Shown here piece by piece: positions 22,760-33,222 of a DNA stretch of 64,000 bases. Position numbers and translations under genes: made by a program. The notes below the pieces were generated by a model. It saw only the letters and a program-made list of their open reading frames with translations. It was not told where the DNA came from and did not search any database. The stretch's first letter is position 1. Each line of letters opens with the position of its first letter. Origin of the DNA: Corallochytrium limacisporum Hawaii (lineage: Eukaryota > Protista > Pluriformea); the NCBI GenBank assembly GCA_002811645.1, contig PDIP01000021.1, forward strand, positions 62,001-126,000. The letters run 5' to 3'.

Positions 22760-23632
22760 ATGTTTGGAGGAGGAAAGAAGTGTCCCTTGTGCTCGAAGAC
22801 GGTGTACATGGCCGAAGAGGTCCAAGCCAACGGAAAGAGCTATCACAAGTTGTGCTTCAAGTGCGAAGCATGCAACAAGCTTCTTGATAGCACATCCCTT
22901 ACTGAACGCGGGGAATCCATTTTCTGCAAGAACTGCTACACCAAGAAGTTTGGACCCGAGGGCTTTGGTGCAGCCCGTGTGCACACCAAATCTGAGAACC
23001 CTGATGGTGCCACCACTGCAACACTGGCCAGTGGCGGCAGCTCAGGCAATATTAACAGTGCTCCCCGGTTCGGCGGCGGTGCTAAGAAGTGCCCGGTCTG
23101 CAACAAATCCGTCTACGCTGCCGAGGAACTCCAGGCCAATGGCAAGAGCTTCCACAAACTCTGCTTCAAGTGCAGGGACTGTAACTCGCTGCTGGACAGC
23201 ACCAAAGTCTGCGAACGTGGCGATGATCTCTACTGCAAGAGCTGCTACACCAAAAACTTTGGCCCAGAAGGATTCGGTGCTGCACGCGCACATACGAACA
23301 CTGGCGCGGATGCCCAACCTGCATCCAGCACGGTGGGCAAGGCCAGCAGCGGGGAGAATCTGAGCAAGCCACAGGGAATCACTGCTAGGTTCGGCGGTGG
23401 TGCACCAAAGTGTCCGGTATGCTCCAAGTCTGTGTACGCTGCGGAGAAGGCGGAAGCCAACAGCAAGTCTTACCACAAGCTCTGCCTCAAGTGCAACACA
23501 TGCAACAAGCTGCTGGACAGCACTTCTCTAAACGAGCGCCGTGATGACATCTTCTGCAATGGCTGTTACTCCAAGAAATTCGGTCCTGAAGGGTTTGGAG
23601 CCGCAAGGGCCCATACCCAAACTGAAGCCTAG
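22760..23632 (+). CDS. Cysteine/glycine-rich LIM protein (CSRP/MLP family) with three LIM+Gly repeats
   Basis: Three CPxCxKxVYxAE...HKLCxKC...CxxCYxKxFGPEGFG units; first ATG 22760. Confidence 0.92.
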   Translation: MFGGGKKCPLCSKTVYMAEEVQANGKSYHKLCFKCEACNKLLDSTSLTERGESIFCKNCYTKKFGPEGFGAARVHTKSENPDGATTATLASGGSSGNINSAPRFGGGAKKCPVCNKSVYAAEELQANGKSFHKLCFKCRDCNSLLDSTKVCERGDDLYCKSCYTKNFGPEGFGAARAHTNTGADAQPASSTVGKASSGENLSKPQGITARFGGGAPKCPVCSKSVYAAEKAEANSKSYHKLCLKCNTCNKLLDSTSLNERRDDIFCNGCYSKKFGPEGFGAARAHTQTEA

Positions 23633-24105
23633 ATTTGCTGACCAAGCACTGCCCTTCAAGTACCACTTTCTTAACCAGTGCCAATAAAGCATTAGATCAC
23701 TTGAATACTACACATTTGCTGCATGATCTAGGCCCAAGACATTCCCTTTACCCCAGACATTGTCGTCAAAAGCTACAGACATCTCCTTGGTGCGCGCGGT
23801 TCACACGGTGAGCCGCAGATGTCTCTCGCTCACCCTTATCCAGTGCCCCGTGTACCGCCGTCCGAACTGCCATCCGAACCCGCCCCGCCCCGCCTCGTCA
23901 GCAACCGTAAGCCTCCTCCTCGTCTGATCGCTCACCCTTGCGCTTCCCCTCCCCCCTCCCCCCCACAAAAATAACCCCTTTTGCCTCTCTGGTTTTTCCT
24001 CCTTCGGGCCCCAACTCTTTTGCAAAAACACCAACAAGAAAGAAGAGATCCGGGGGACCGAAACCGATGAATTGTTCGCTTCCCTCCTCCAGGCCCTCCC
24101 CCCCC

Positions 24106-24327
24106 NNNNNNNNNNNNNNNNNNNNNNNNNNNNNNNNNNNNNNNNNNNNNNNNNNNNNNNNNNNNNNNNNNNNNNNNNNNNNNNNNNNNNNNNNNNNNNN
24201 NNNNNNNNNNNNNNNNNNNNNNNNNNNNNNNNNNNNNNNNNNNNNNNNNNNNNNNNNNNNNNNNNNNNNNNNNNNNNNNNNNNNNNNNNNNNNNNNNNNN
24301 NNNNNNNNNNNNNNNNNNNNNNNNNNN
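24106..24327. other. Assembly gap (222 N) inside a GC-rich intergenic island
   Basis: N run flanked on both sides by poly-C. Confidence 1.
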
Positions 24328-24784
24328 CCCCCCCGCCCTCATTTTTTTCCAACGGGCAGAGGCGGAAGGGAGAGAGAGGGTTAGAGGGGGGTTTCGGGGG
24401 GTTGAGTTTTCGTGACAGTTTTTGTTTTGATCTTACCACTAAACCGACCACCGTTGGTGACGGGAAGGGACGAGTCGAAAGGGTTTCCAAGATCCTGGGA
24501 GGCCGGTCATGTGTTTTCCGTTTCCTTTGCTGACTGTGCCCGGGGACATAAGGCGGAAGGCTGCGGAAAGGGCGTTACGGGGACAACCGATTGGTTTCGT
24601 TCACGGTTGCTTTTGTCAGGAACATAAACAACAGAGAGCAAGACTTCATCTGGTAGTTTATGTTCCCAGATCAAATGATATGAACAGAGTCTTCCATGCG
24701 AGGTTAGTCCGTGCGAATGCTAGACCAGGAGCCTACCTTGACCATGGAATAAACACGGACAAGTAAACACGAAACGATAACAAG

Positions 24785-27712
24785 ATGGCAGGGATGGCAA
24801 GGGACAGTCTGGCGACCCTTCAAGCGGCCATAAAGTCAGACTTCGACTTTGTTCAGGAGGTCGGACAGGTGTACGAGTTTACAATGAAGTCGAACGGCAT
24901 GCAGGTTCTGATTGCACCTGATCACAGTGCTCCTGTGGTCACTGTGTTGGTGACGTACCATGTCGGCAGTCGCAATGAAGCCCTCGGGTACACAGGGGCA
25001 ACTCACTTGCTGGAGCACCTCATGTTTAAGGGCACCGATAAGCACAACAAAGAGGCTGGCACCAGTGTCTGGCATGTTCTGCAGAGCATGGGTGCTCAGG
25101 TTAACGCAACGACCTGGTTGGATCGCACCAACTACTATGAACTTTTGCCTGTGCAAGGTCTTGACAAGGCACTGGCTATCGAGGCGGACCGCATGCGTAA
25201 CGCATGGATTAGGGAGGAAGATCGTGCTCCGGAGATGACCGTCGTTCGCAACGAGTACGAACAAGGCGAGAACTCCCCGGTGCGAGTGATGGAGAAGCAT
25301 CTCTGGAGTACAGCATACACAGCACATCCATACCACCATCCGACCATTGGCTGGCGGTCAGATATTGAAAATGTGAGTATTGAGCGTCTCAAGGAGTTTT
25401 ATCACACGTTTTACCATCCCAACAATGCCACCGTCACTTTGGTCGGCGATGTTGATATCGGGCAGGCACTGTCCAAGATCCAAGACTACTTCGGTCCTCT
25501 TCCAAAGAGCCCGAAGCCCATTCCGGTAATGTATACGACAGAGCCTCCACAGGAAGGTCCGCGCATGGTCACTGTAAAACGGCCTTTGGGTGTGAACTAT
25601 TATGTTGTGTCGTTCAAGACTCCTATTGGAACTAGCGCGGATTGGCCTTCCCTGAATATTCTCGGTAAAATATTGACAGCAGGTAAGAAATCACGCCTGT
25701 ATAAGTCTTTGGTGCACACAGAACTTGCTACCAGTGTCTTTGTGGTCGATTCACCCCACCGTGATGCGGGCCTCTTTAGCATATATGTGCATCTTTCACA
25801 GGGTACAGACTGGAAGAAGGTTGAGCCGATTGTTTGGGAAGAACTTACAAAGATCAAGGAGAACGGAGTTGAGAAGGATGAAGTCGACGAGCCCATCGGT
25901 TCCATCGTGGCGCAGCTGGCCTACGCTCGAGATGGCACATATTCTGTTGCATCAAATCTGAACGAGGCCATCGCCACTGGCGATTGGCGTCTCTATGCTA
26001 GCTACGAGTCTGCCATCCGAGGCGTGACTCCTAACACGGTCCAGAACGTGTGCATTACATATTTCAATGAGGACCAAAGTACCACTGGCATTCTGAAGGA
26101 CGAGAAATCTCATGCTGATCCTACTGAGATAGATCCTGGCAAGGGCCATCAGACTTACGCAGAGAAGAATAAGCTCAACTCGCCTTTCCCCATTAGTCCA
26201 TTAAGCGGTAAGAAGCCGGAGGGAGGTGACATTTTCTCGTTTGATAACCTTAAGGCTGAACTACAGGAAATGAAGCAGACGTCTGACCTGGATGCGGAAA
26301 CCGTTGTATCACTGGAGGCAGCAGAGAACATGGTCAAGCGTATGGAGCGCCTGAAAGCACAGAGAGAGCGGATCAATACCAGTGGCAAGTCGGTGTCGCA
26401 ACGAATCAAGCGAGTAGAGCCCTTGCCAGGTCTAGTCCTGCGCATGCTTACTACCGCAGTAGCCGATGTGGTGACCATCACTGGCAGTCTGCCGGGTGGT
26501 ACCTCGTTCTGTCGGGGTAAGAATCTCCTGATTGCAAAAGCCATGTCGCGTCTTCTTGACCATGGTACCATCCACCGCGATAAGTTTGAGATAAGTACCA
26601 TCTTGCAACGTATTGGTGCCCAGATCAGTTTCAGTGCAGATGACATCCACCTCAATTTCAGTGCTCGCTGTCTGCGCGAGAACTTCGTGCAGGTGATGGG
26701 GCTCCTGGCGGAACAGCTACAGGAGCCTCTGTTTGCGCAGGAAGAGCTGCAAAATGTGCAGAAACAGATGGTAACGTCATACCGTCGCATGGACCAGAGT
26801 GTAGAAGTTCGATCCAAGGTCGCGCTGCGTCAAGCACTGTATCCGAAAGGCCACCTGAACTACTACATTTCCAACTCTGAGAAGATTGATCTAATCGAAC
26901 AGGTCACTGTTGAGGACATCCGTGCCTTCCATAAGCGTGTCATGGGTCTTGGTGAAGTGAATATTGTCTGCGTTGGTGATATTGACGAGGACATTGTACA
27001 GGACACGGTCGCGCGAAGCTTCTCCAAACTTGGACCATCCGACTGTCGGCTCGATCCCATGCTTGACGCATCCGCTGCACTAGGTTACCGTCCGTTGGTA
27101 GATGTCCCGAAGCAGACGTTGGTCGACCTCGACGACAAGAAAAGCATCACTTTGCGTATGGGCCTTGCTGTGCCCATGGACCTGAACCATCCCGACTATC
27201 TTCCTCTCTACATGGGCATGTACATCCTTGGTGGCAACTTTAGTGCCCGCCTAATGCAGACTGTACGGGATGAGAAGGGTCTGACCTATGGCATTACGGC
27301 GTCCATGGAGGGCGTCGCATTCAAGCAGCACGGCTACGTTTATATTTCTGGCTCTTTCGCGCCGTCACTGCTGCAGAAAGGCAACGATGCAATCATCGAA
27401 CAGATTCATTTGTGGATGCGCGACATTACTGAGGACGAACTTGAAACCAAAAAGTCGACAATGATAGGATCGTACGAGGTTCGCTTGGCCACCACACGCG
27501 GTTTGGCAGGACAGATCATCTTCAACGCCGAGCTTAATCGTCCAGAGTCCTGGCTCGATGAACATGTTAAGCGCATCGGAAGCATCACCCTGGACAGGGT
27601 AAAGGCAGCCATCACCAAGTATGTGACCCCAGCCAACTTCGCAATTGCTGCTGCGGGACCCCTAGGGGATGCAGAGAACCTGCGTCTCGGCGTCAATGAT
27701 AGCAATCTCTAG
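24785..27712 (+). CDS. M16 family zinc peptidase, bacterial-type fused two-module (PqqL/pitrilysin-like)
   Basis: VGSRNE..GYTGATHLLEHLMFKGT (HxxEH), NATTWLDRTNYYE, HPYHHPTIGW; second module ARLMQTVRDEKGLTYGI. Confidence 0.9.
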   Translation: MAGMARDSLATLQAAIKSDFDFVQEVGQVYEFTMKSNGMQVLIAPDHSAPVVTVLVTYHVGSRNEALGYTGATHLLEHLMFKGTDKHNKEAGTSVWHVLQSMGAQVNATTWLDRTNYYELLPVQGLDKALAIEADRMRNAWIREEDRAPEMTVVRNEYEQGENSPVRVMEKHLWSTAYTAHPYHHPTIGWRSDIENVSIERLKEFYHTFYHPNNATVTLVGDVDIGQALSKIQDYFGPLPKSPKPIPVMYTTEPPQEGPRMVTVKRPLGVNYYVVSFKTPIGTSADWPSLNILGKILTAGKKSRLYKSLVHTELATSVFVVDSPHRDAGLFSIYVHLSQGTDWKKVEPIVWEELTKIKENGVEKDEVDEPIGSIVAQLAYARDGTYSVASNLNEAIATGDWRLYASYESAIRGVTPNTVQNVCITYFNEDQSTTGILKDEKSHADPTEIDPGKGHQTYAEKNKLNSPFPISPLSGKKPEGGDIFSFDNLKAELQEMKQTSDLDAETVVSLEAAENMVKRMERLKAQRERINTSGKSVSQRIKRVEPLPGLVLRMLTTAVADVVTITGSLPGGTSFCRGKNLLIAKAMSRLLDHGTIHRDKFEISTILQRIGAQISFSADDIHLNFSARCLRENFVQVMGLLAEQLQEPLFAQEELQNVQKQMVTSYRRMDQSVEVRSKVALRQALYPKGHLNYYISNSEKIDLIEQVTVEDIRAFHKRVMGLGEVNIVCVGDIDEDIVQDTVARSFSKLGPSDCRLDPMLDASAALGYRPLVDVPKQTLVDLDDKKSITLRMGLAVPMDLNHPDYLPLYMGMYILGGNFSARLMQTVRDEKGLTYGITASMEGVAFKQHGYVYISGSFAPSLLQKGNDAIIEQIHLWMRDITEDELETKKSTMIGSYEVRLATTRGLAGQIIFNAELNRPESWLDEHVKRIGSITLDRVKAAITKYVTPANFAIAAAGPLGDAENLRLGVNDSNL

Positions 27713-27788
27713 CCGAGTAGCTCTTTCTGTTATAGTTCTTAGTATTTTATATTTACAGTACTGGTTCTACAGTTTTGGTTGGTTTGAT

Positions 27789-28145
27789 TTACTCGATACG
27801 TTTGATTGCACCTTTGCTGCCTTCTTTCGCCTTTTTTCGTTCAAAGTGGAGAGCTAAGCGATTCTGGCCCAAGTTGATTACTTTCGGACACCCATCCCTA
27901 TCTTTTTCCATCACTGTGCATTCCCGACAATAAAATGCTTCGTTCTGTGCATTGCCTGCGTTACAAACGATGCAGTGTTCAGAACCCGCAGCATAGCCAC
28001 AGTCGTCACAGATGCGCACTAGAGTCGTCGGGCGCACAAACGAATCACATATGACACAGCGGCCATCACATTTTTCACACAATTTCCCGAGCACCACGCC
28101 GGTTTGTTTCCGACAGAGTACTAGATCTGTTTGGTGCTTTGACAT
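27789..28145 (-). CDS. PHF5A: PHF5A/Rds3 (SF3b subunit)
   Basis: [16 protein letters not shown]...[28 protein letters not shown]...[14 protein letters not shown]. Confidence 0.95.
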   Translation of the reverse strand: MSKHQTDLVLCRKQTGVVLGKLCEKCDGRCVICDSFVRPTTLVRICDDCGYAAGSEHCIVCNAGNAQNEAFYCRECTVMEKDRDGCPKVINLGQNRLALHFERKKAKEGSKGAIKRIE

Positions 28146-28450
28146 CCGTCGTCTTTCTAAAACAACTCACATATTTAATACAATGAAACCAAAATTAGCA
28201 AGACTTCGGTTTGAAGATCGCATGATCGCAAGACGACTCATGGATTCTCAAGTACCCAGTTATCCGAAACAGCCAGATGGTCACTTCGAGGATGGGAGGA
28301 AAGGGGCATGAAGCCTGAGAGATTCAAAGGCAAATTTTCAAATCGGCGAAGACCCGTTTTGGACAGAGTTTAGTATCAAATATTACTTGCATTTTTCTTT
28401 ACCAAGTTCGTTTCGTGAGCCAAAAAATTCCCTTACCCGCACTCTGCAGC

Positions 28451-30172
28451 TCAGGCCCTCGCCTTCGCCTTCCTCTCCCCGATTCGTTGATTGATGAAGG
28501 CAGAGAGGGCGAACAGGAACGCCAGACGTGGGAAGGGCGACCCGGCACTGGAGTCCTGGACGGCATATTGCATGCCCATGCCAAAGTGATTCACATTGGC
28601 CAGACAGACAAGATGGCTTTTGTACGGCTTCTGCTTGGGGTTCAAGGATTGTTGGATGGCAGGACCCCAGAAAGTTGCACGATTGACTGTAACGCAGGCG
28701 TCGTTGAGCGGCATATTCTTGGCAAAGCGCTTGAGGTCATACCACTGAAGACGAGACACAAGGTAGTCAGAAGACTTGGCGTCGTAACAGGTCTGGTTGT
28801 GCGTCATTTCGGGGATAACGCTGCTCTCTGTGACGGCATCGCCCATGGTACCGATCACACTAAAGTATAAGTAATTTTCCGGCACGGTGTACTTCTTCCA
28901 GAAGTCTTCTGAGCCTTCGGTGGAGAGATTCCAAGCCGTTTCGAGAATGCGATTGCCGAGCACCTTCCAGCGGCGCATATTCTTGTAATACTCCGCAATT
29001 GGAGCCGAGGCATTGAAGTTCTGGAAGAACAGCTGGTTGATCATAGTCATAAAGGGAGTCACGTGCGGGATGCTGCTGGCAGTGAAACCTTCGTTAAGGA
29101 AATTTTCCTCAATCTTTACCGGGGCCCTGCTTAGCCGGGCAGCGGCCTTAGCGATTGCTGCAGTGTTGACAACGGTCCCCTTAACTGCTCCGTAGGTGTG
29201 CGCTCCAAAGCCTCCCTTGCCCTCAGCAACATCATCGTCTCCGTAGTCCAAGTCTTGCAGCAGCTGCTCCAGCGTTCTGAGGACGTGATTGATCGGCTCA
29301 CTCTCATCCTTTTGGGCTGCATCGCCCATTTCGGAGCCGTAGATCGGTCCCCCAAGGCTGACAATGCCGCGGAGGTTCTTGTGCCACGGATACCAGTCCT
29401 TTTGATTCTCTTCATTTGCGATAACCGCCATGTTCAGAGCCAAAGGCAAGCCTCGGCTGTAGCCAATGAAGATCATATCGTCCGGCACTTTACCCAACAG
29501 ACGGCAGATTTTGTTTATGCGGCGGCAGTATTGTATACCACTGTCACGGTTGCAACCCATGGATTCTACAGAGCCGATTTGACTGCGTATGAGGATAAGG
29601 CGCACCAGCACCCGTGACGGCTCGTCTGGGTCGTCCAGCGAGGTAACCCTGCACCACTCGTCAAGCGCGACACGCTTAGTGCCCAGCTTCTGCAGACTAT
29701 GTGTGAAGTCCCATAAGTCCCCCTGATCGATGTGGTCCTTGACCATCTCTTCCCACTGTGCCTTGAAAGCGGCATTCGGGTTCGAAAAGATGTCCTCGTA
29801 TGGCGCCTGCAGGATCATTTCGTGGCCGAGACCGCTGAAGAGGAACAAAGTCAGCGGCTCCTTGCGCGCGCGGAGGCCGTCCAAAGGATCGCCCTCGAAC
29901 GGTTCGATCTTCTCCTGATGGCTAGCTTCGTAGAGCTCGGATGGCTGTACCCCGCGCAAGGTCTCGTCGAATGCAGCCAGTGTCACACTGTCGCCGTCAG
30001 CTCCAACTTTGTTGCTCTGCCTCCACATCGTCTTGTATGCGTCGTTGGGAAGCATGAAGAGATCGCGCGCATCGCCTTTCTCCATCTCGTCTTTGTCACC
30101 ATCCCTCTTCCAGATTGCATTGAACATGCTCCGGAAGAGGCGAACATCGTCTATCACAGAGATCTCTGACAT
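28451..30172 (-). CDS. Alpha/beta-hydrolase fold protein (lipase/esterase-like)
   Basis: Nucleophile elbow FIGYSRG, VSLGGPIYGS, LNDACV, NHFG. Confidence 0.7.
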   Translation of the reverse strand: MSEISVIDDVRLFRSMFNAIWKRDGDKDEMEKGDARDLFMLPNDAYKTMWRQSNKVGADGDSVTLAAFDETLRGVQPSELYEASHQEKIEPFEGDPLDGLRARKEPLTLFLFSGLGHEMILQAPYEDIFSNPNAAFKAQWEEMVKDHIDQGDLWDFTHSLQKLGTKRVALDEWCRVTSLDDPDEPSRVLVRLILIRSQIGSVESMGCNRDSGIQYCRRINKICRLLGKVPDDMIFIGYSRGLPLALNMAVIANEENQKDWYPWHKNLRGIVSLGGPIYGSEMGDAAQKDESEPINHVLRTLEQLLQDLDYGDDDVAEGKGGFGAHTYGAVKGTVVNTAAIAKAAARLSRAPVKIEENFLNEGFTASSIPHVTPFMTMINQLFFQNFNASAPIAEYYKNMRRWKVLGNRILETAWNLSTEGSEDFWKKYTVPENYLYFSVIGTMGDAVTESSVIPEMTHNQTCYDAKSSDYLVSRLQWYDLKRFAKNMPLNDACVTVNRATFWGPAIQQSLNPKQKPYKSHLVCLANVNHFGMGMQYAVQDSSAGSPFPRLAFLFALSAFINQRIGERKAKARA

Positions 30173-31044
30173 TGTGGTTGTCTACTATTTGTCTTTGGAG
30201 TGATCCGTATGTTTGTACACAGTAGAGAGCTCATAGATCTCTGACACCTACGCATCACACTCATGATTTTGAATACCCACCCAAACCACTTTGTAACCCG
30301 AACAAGGGTACGCCCCACAAAAGCAACCACACTCGCCTCCACGTACTGCTCTGCTTCCGCGATGCGGTGGCTCTCTGCCGCTGCCAGTCCCGTGCACAGC
30401 TCCTGCACCTGCCCAGCGTACGAACAATGCGCCGCAGCGGAACCCGAGTTACCCCTCCGCGCTCCCCCCCCCCCCGGGGGGCTACCTGTCCCCCTCCCCC
30501 TTCAAACATTGGGGCCCGGAAAGGATGACTATACTCTCCCTGTTGGTCTGCACGAAGAATTTCATTTTATCTCGGCGATCTCTCTCCCCTGAGTGAGAGG
30601 AAGGCCCAACGTTTTTCCTTGGAACGTTCGGTTGGTGGGCGGGTTGCGTTCCTTCATTGTTTGGGAGGACGACGACCACGGGGTGAAGGTGGGAGGGACA
30701 ACCCCCCCCCCCGGGGGAAGCGGGATGGGGAGAGAGGAAATCAGGGTCTTTTTCCCGGGCCTGTGTACTTTCAAGGCTGCAGCCCGCTCGAAAGGCTTCT
30801 TCAGACCAGAGAGGTTGGTAAGTGCTAGTCCGAGGCGAAGGAGGAAATTGTTTAGATTCGGGTAAGGGGGCTCGTCCTGGAAGATGATTCATAGGCGCAT
30901 CTCCTATAAGGTACAAAATGTATTCGTGGGTCAGTAACAACAGACGAAAACATATACCAACGTACTTATTTGTTTCGGGCAACTTTCTTCCCCTACCCTC
31001 CTTCCCCCCTTTCCCCCAAGTAATTTCTGTCCACCTGGTGTCTC

Positions 31045-31055
31045 GGGGCCTATTT
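31045..31055 (+). promoter_or_regulatory. Recurrent intergenic motif GGGGCCTATTT (copies at 12860, 31045, 53678, 55726, 60612)
   Basis: Five exact 11-mer copies seen, all intergenic. Confidence 0.6.
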
Positions 31056-31388
31056 TCTATGTATCTCACTTAGGAAATACTCTTTCCCGAGACCAAGTTC
31101 GCGGGCGCGCTCGGGTGATGGACACTTCCCAGGCAGACACGCGATGTGCGGTCGTGGTATATGAAACATGGCGGGCCGTCCGACTCATATTGGGCGTAGA
31201 GAGATCTTATGGAAAGAATTAAGAAATACCCGCGGTACAAATTCATGTTATCCTCGAATAATTGTGTCTTGTTCGGAATTGGTGAATTATGATCCTGAAA
31301 TCGTGCGTTCTGGGCATGTAGCAGGAAGTAAGCTCGTCGGGACTGCACACTCTTGACCTCCGGTAAAAGCATTTTAACAGATCAAGTC

Positions 31389-32882
31389 ATGTCGAGTAAG
31401 AACCTACCGGCATATGGTCCAAATGGCCGATATCACGATAAAGGCAAAAAGAGCGGTTGTTGGAGACTTTGGATAAGGTTGAAATCAGGACGAAGAGGGC
31501 GTTGTATGCCGCTTCTCATTGTCGTATTCTTCTGTTTTGTCTTATTGACTTACAAGTCTGTAGCAGGCAATGCTACCGCCTCCGTTGGACGTATGGTTAG
31601 TGTTCATGACCTGGTGGATGATTTGGACACATCGTTTCGCCCAAATACTTGGGACCCCATGCGCTTCAAGTTTCCGAGCTGGATGGTATACTTGAACCTT
31701 CCGCAGGAATGCCCTGCACTGGGTTTCGACATGGCTGAGGTCATCCAGAATGCGTTTGCTTGGCGTATTGAGAGTTCTAATGACAGCGTTGTGGACCTTC
31801 TTCAGCCTTTTCGGAAGATTGATGGAGAAAACATACCTGCAAGTGACAAACTGCACTTGGCCATCATGCAAGTGGTGGACAATGAAGTGTACCTATTTCG
31901 AGACGAGACTGTGGACCATAAGAACATCATTGCTGTGACAATGATTGTGCTGTACTTAACAGAGACAGTGGGTCTGCCTGATATGCAGTTCCTATTTACT
32001 TCACACGACGGGTCTGGGCAATTGCAGGGAAAAAACACTCCAGAAGCTCCAATATTTAGTACCTGTCTCACCTCTGGGAAACATCGACACATTCTAGTAC
32101 CGCGTCCGTACCACACGACCGGTATTGAGCGTTGGATGACACCCCCTCAGGGCTATGAGGACTGGGGTGATCGGATCAACAAGGCTATTTTCCGTGGTGG
32201 CCTGAGCAGTCCCGTCCGTGCGGATCTGTACCAAACCAGTAAGGGAGTTAGCACCGATCTGTTGGATATGGGTCTGGTACACCTTCCTGAAGGGTGCAAC
32301 TGTCCTGAAACAATCTATGATACCGCCACACGTTGGTGTTGGGGCTTGCCGGAAAAGCTAGCCGACGAGCTAGACATCCCACTGAAGGATTCGATGACCA
32401 TGCAAGAACAAATGCAGTACCGTTATGTCATCAATGCAGACGGCGTCACCACTGCAGATCGCTTGCCCTACTGGATCAGTCGTAGTGACACCGTCGTCAT
32501 CAAGCAGGAGACTGAATTCACGGAGTACTGGTATCCTATGTTAGAACCAGGAAAAAACTACATTCCAGTGAGTAAAGACTGGACCGATCTAGAGATGGTT
32601 CTCCGCCGTTTGGTAGAAAACCCGGCCATCGGTGAGGATATCAGGGAACAAAACGCGCAGGCCGCGATTAGGGACCTGTGGTCACCTGCAGGCTTTATGT
32701 GCATCTGGCGTGCAATTCTTTTAGAGTACGCCTCTCAACAGAGCGATCCAGTTCTTGTTTTCAAGGAGTCAACCCACATCCGGCGCCGCTCCCTGAAGAG
32801 CCAACCGTTCGGCATTTTGGATGACATTGGCCTGGCGCTCAGGGAACTGTACTCCTTCCCCCCCCATCATAGGCTGCTCTGA
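31389..32882 (+). CDS. Glycosyltransferase family 90 (CAP10/POGLUT-like), type II membrane protein
   Basis: N-terminal TM, LPDMQF, WGDRINKAIFRG, MQEQMQYRYVINADG...RLPYW...VIKQ...EYWYPMLEPGKNYIPV. Confidence 0.85.
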   Translation: MSSKNLPAYGPNGRYHDKGKKSGCWRLWIRLKSGRRGRCMPLLIVVFFCFVLLTYKSVAGNATASVGRMVSVHDLVDDLDTSFRPNTWDPMRFKFPSWMVYLNLPQECPALGFDMAEVIQNAFAWRIESSNDSVVDLLQPFRKIDGENIPASDKLHLAIMQVVDNEVYLFRDETVDHKNIIAVTMIVLYLTETVGLPDMQFLFTSHDGSGQLQGKNTPEAPIFSTCLTSGKHRHILVPRPYHTTGIERWMTPPQGYEDWGDRINKAIFRGGLSSPVRADLYQTSKGVSTDLLDMGLVHLPEGCNCPETIYDTATRWCWGLPEKLADELDIPLKDSMTMQEQMQYRYVINADGVTTADRLPYWISRSDTVVIKQETEFTEYWYPMLEPGKNYIPVSKDWTDLEMVLRRLVENPAIGEDIREQNAQAAIRDLWSPAGFMCIWRAILLEYASQQSDPVLVFKESTHIRRRSLKSQPFGILDDIGLALRELYSFPPHHRLL

Positions 32883-33222
32883 AGTCGTTTATGAGAATGA
32901 ATACAATCAATAGGAATAGAGCCAAAACCAGTACCACCTACTGGACATCTGGACATTGATACAACGAATCCTGGTGGGACAGGGGTTTGTCTTGGGAAGC
33001 TGGACAGTCGCGCGGTTTCCCCTCCGACTCTCCTACAGCCGGCGCCCCCCCCCCCCCCACGCGAACGCGGGATCCTCCTCCCGGTGAAGGTACTCCAGAG
33101 CCTATGTAAAAGTAGCGAACGGCAGCAACCGTGTATTTCTGGTCATACCTTATGCAGATTCAGAACAGTTCGGGTGTAATTGGTAGAAAGGAGGAATATA
33201 TGGAAATGGACTGCACCATGCC

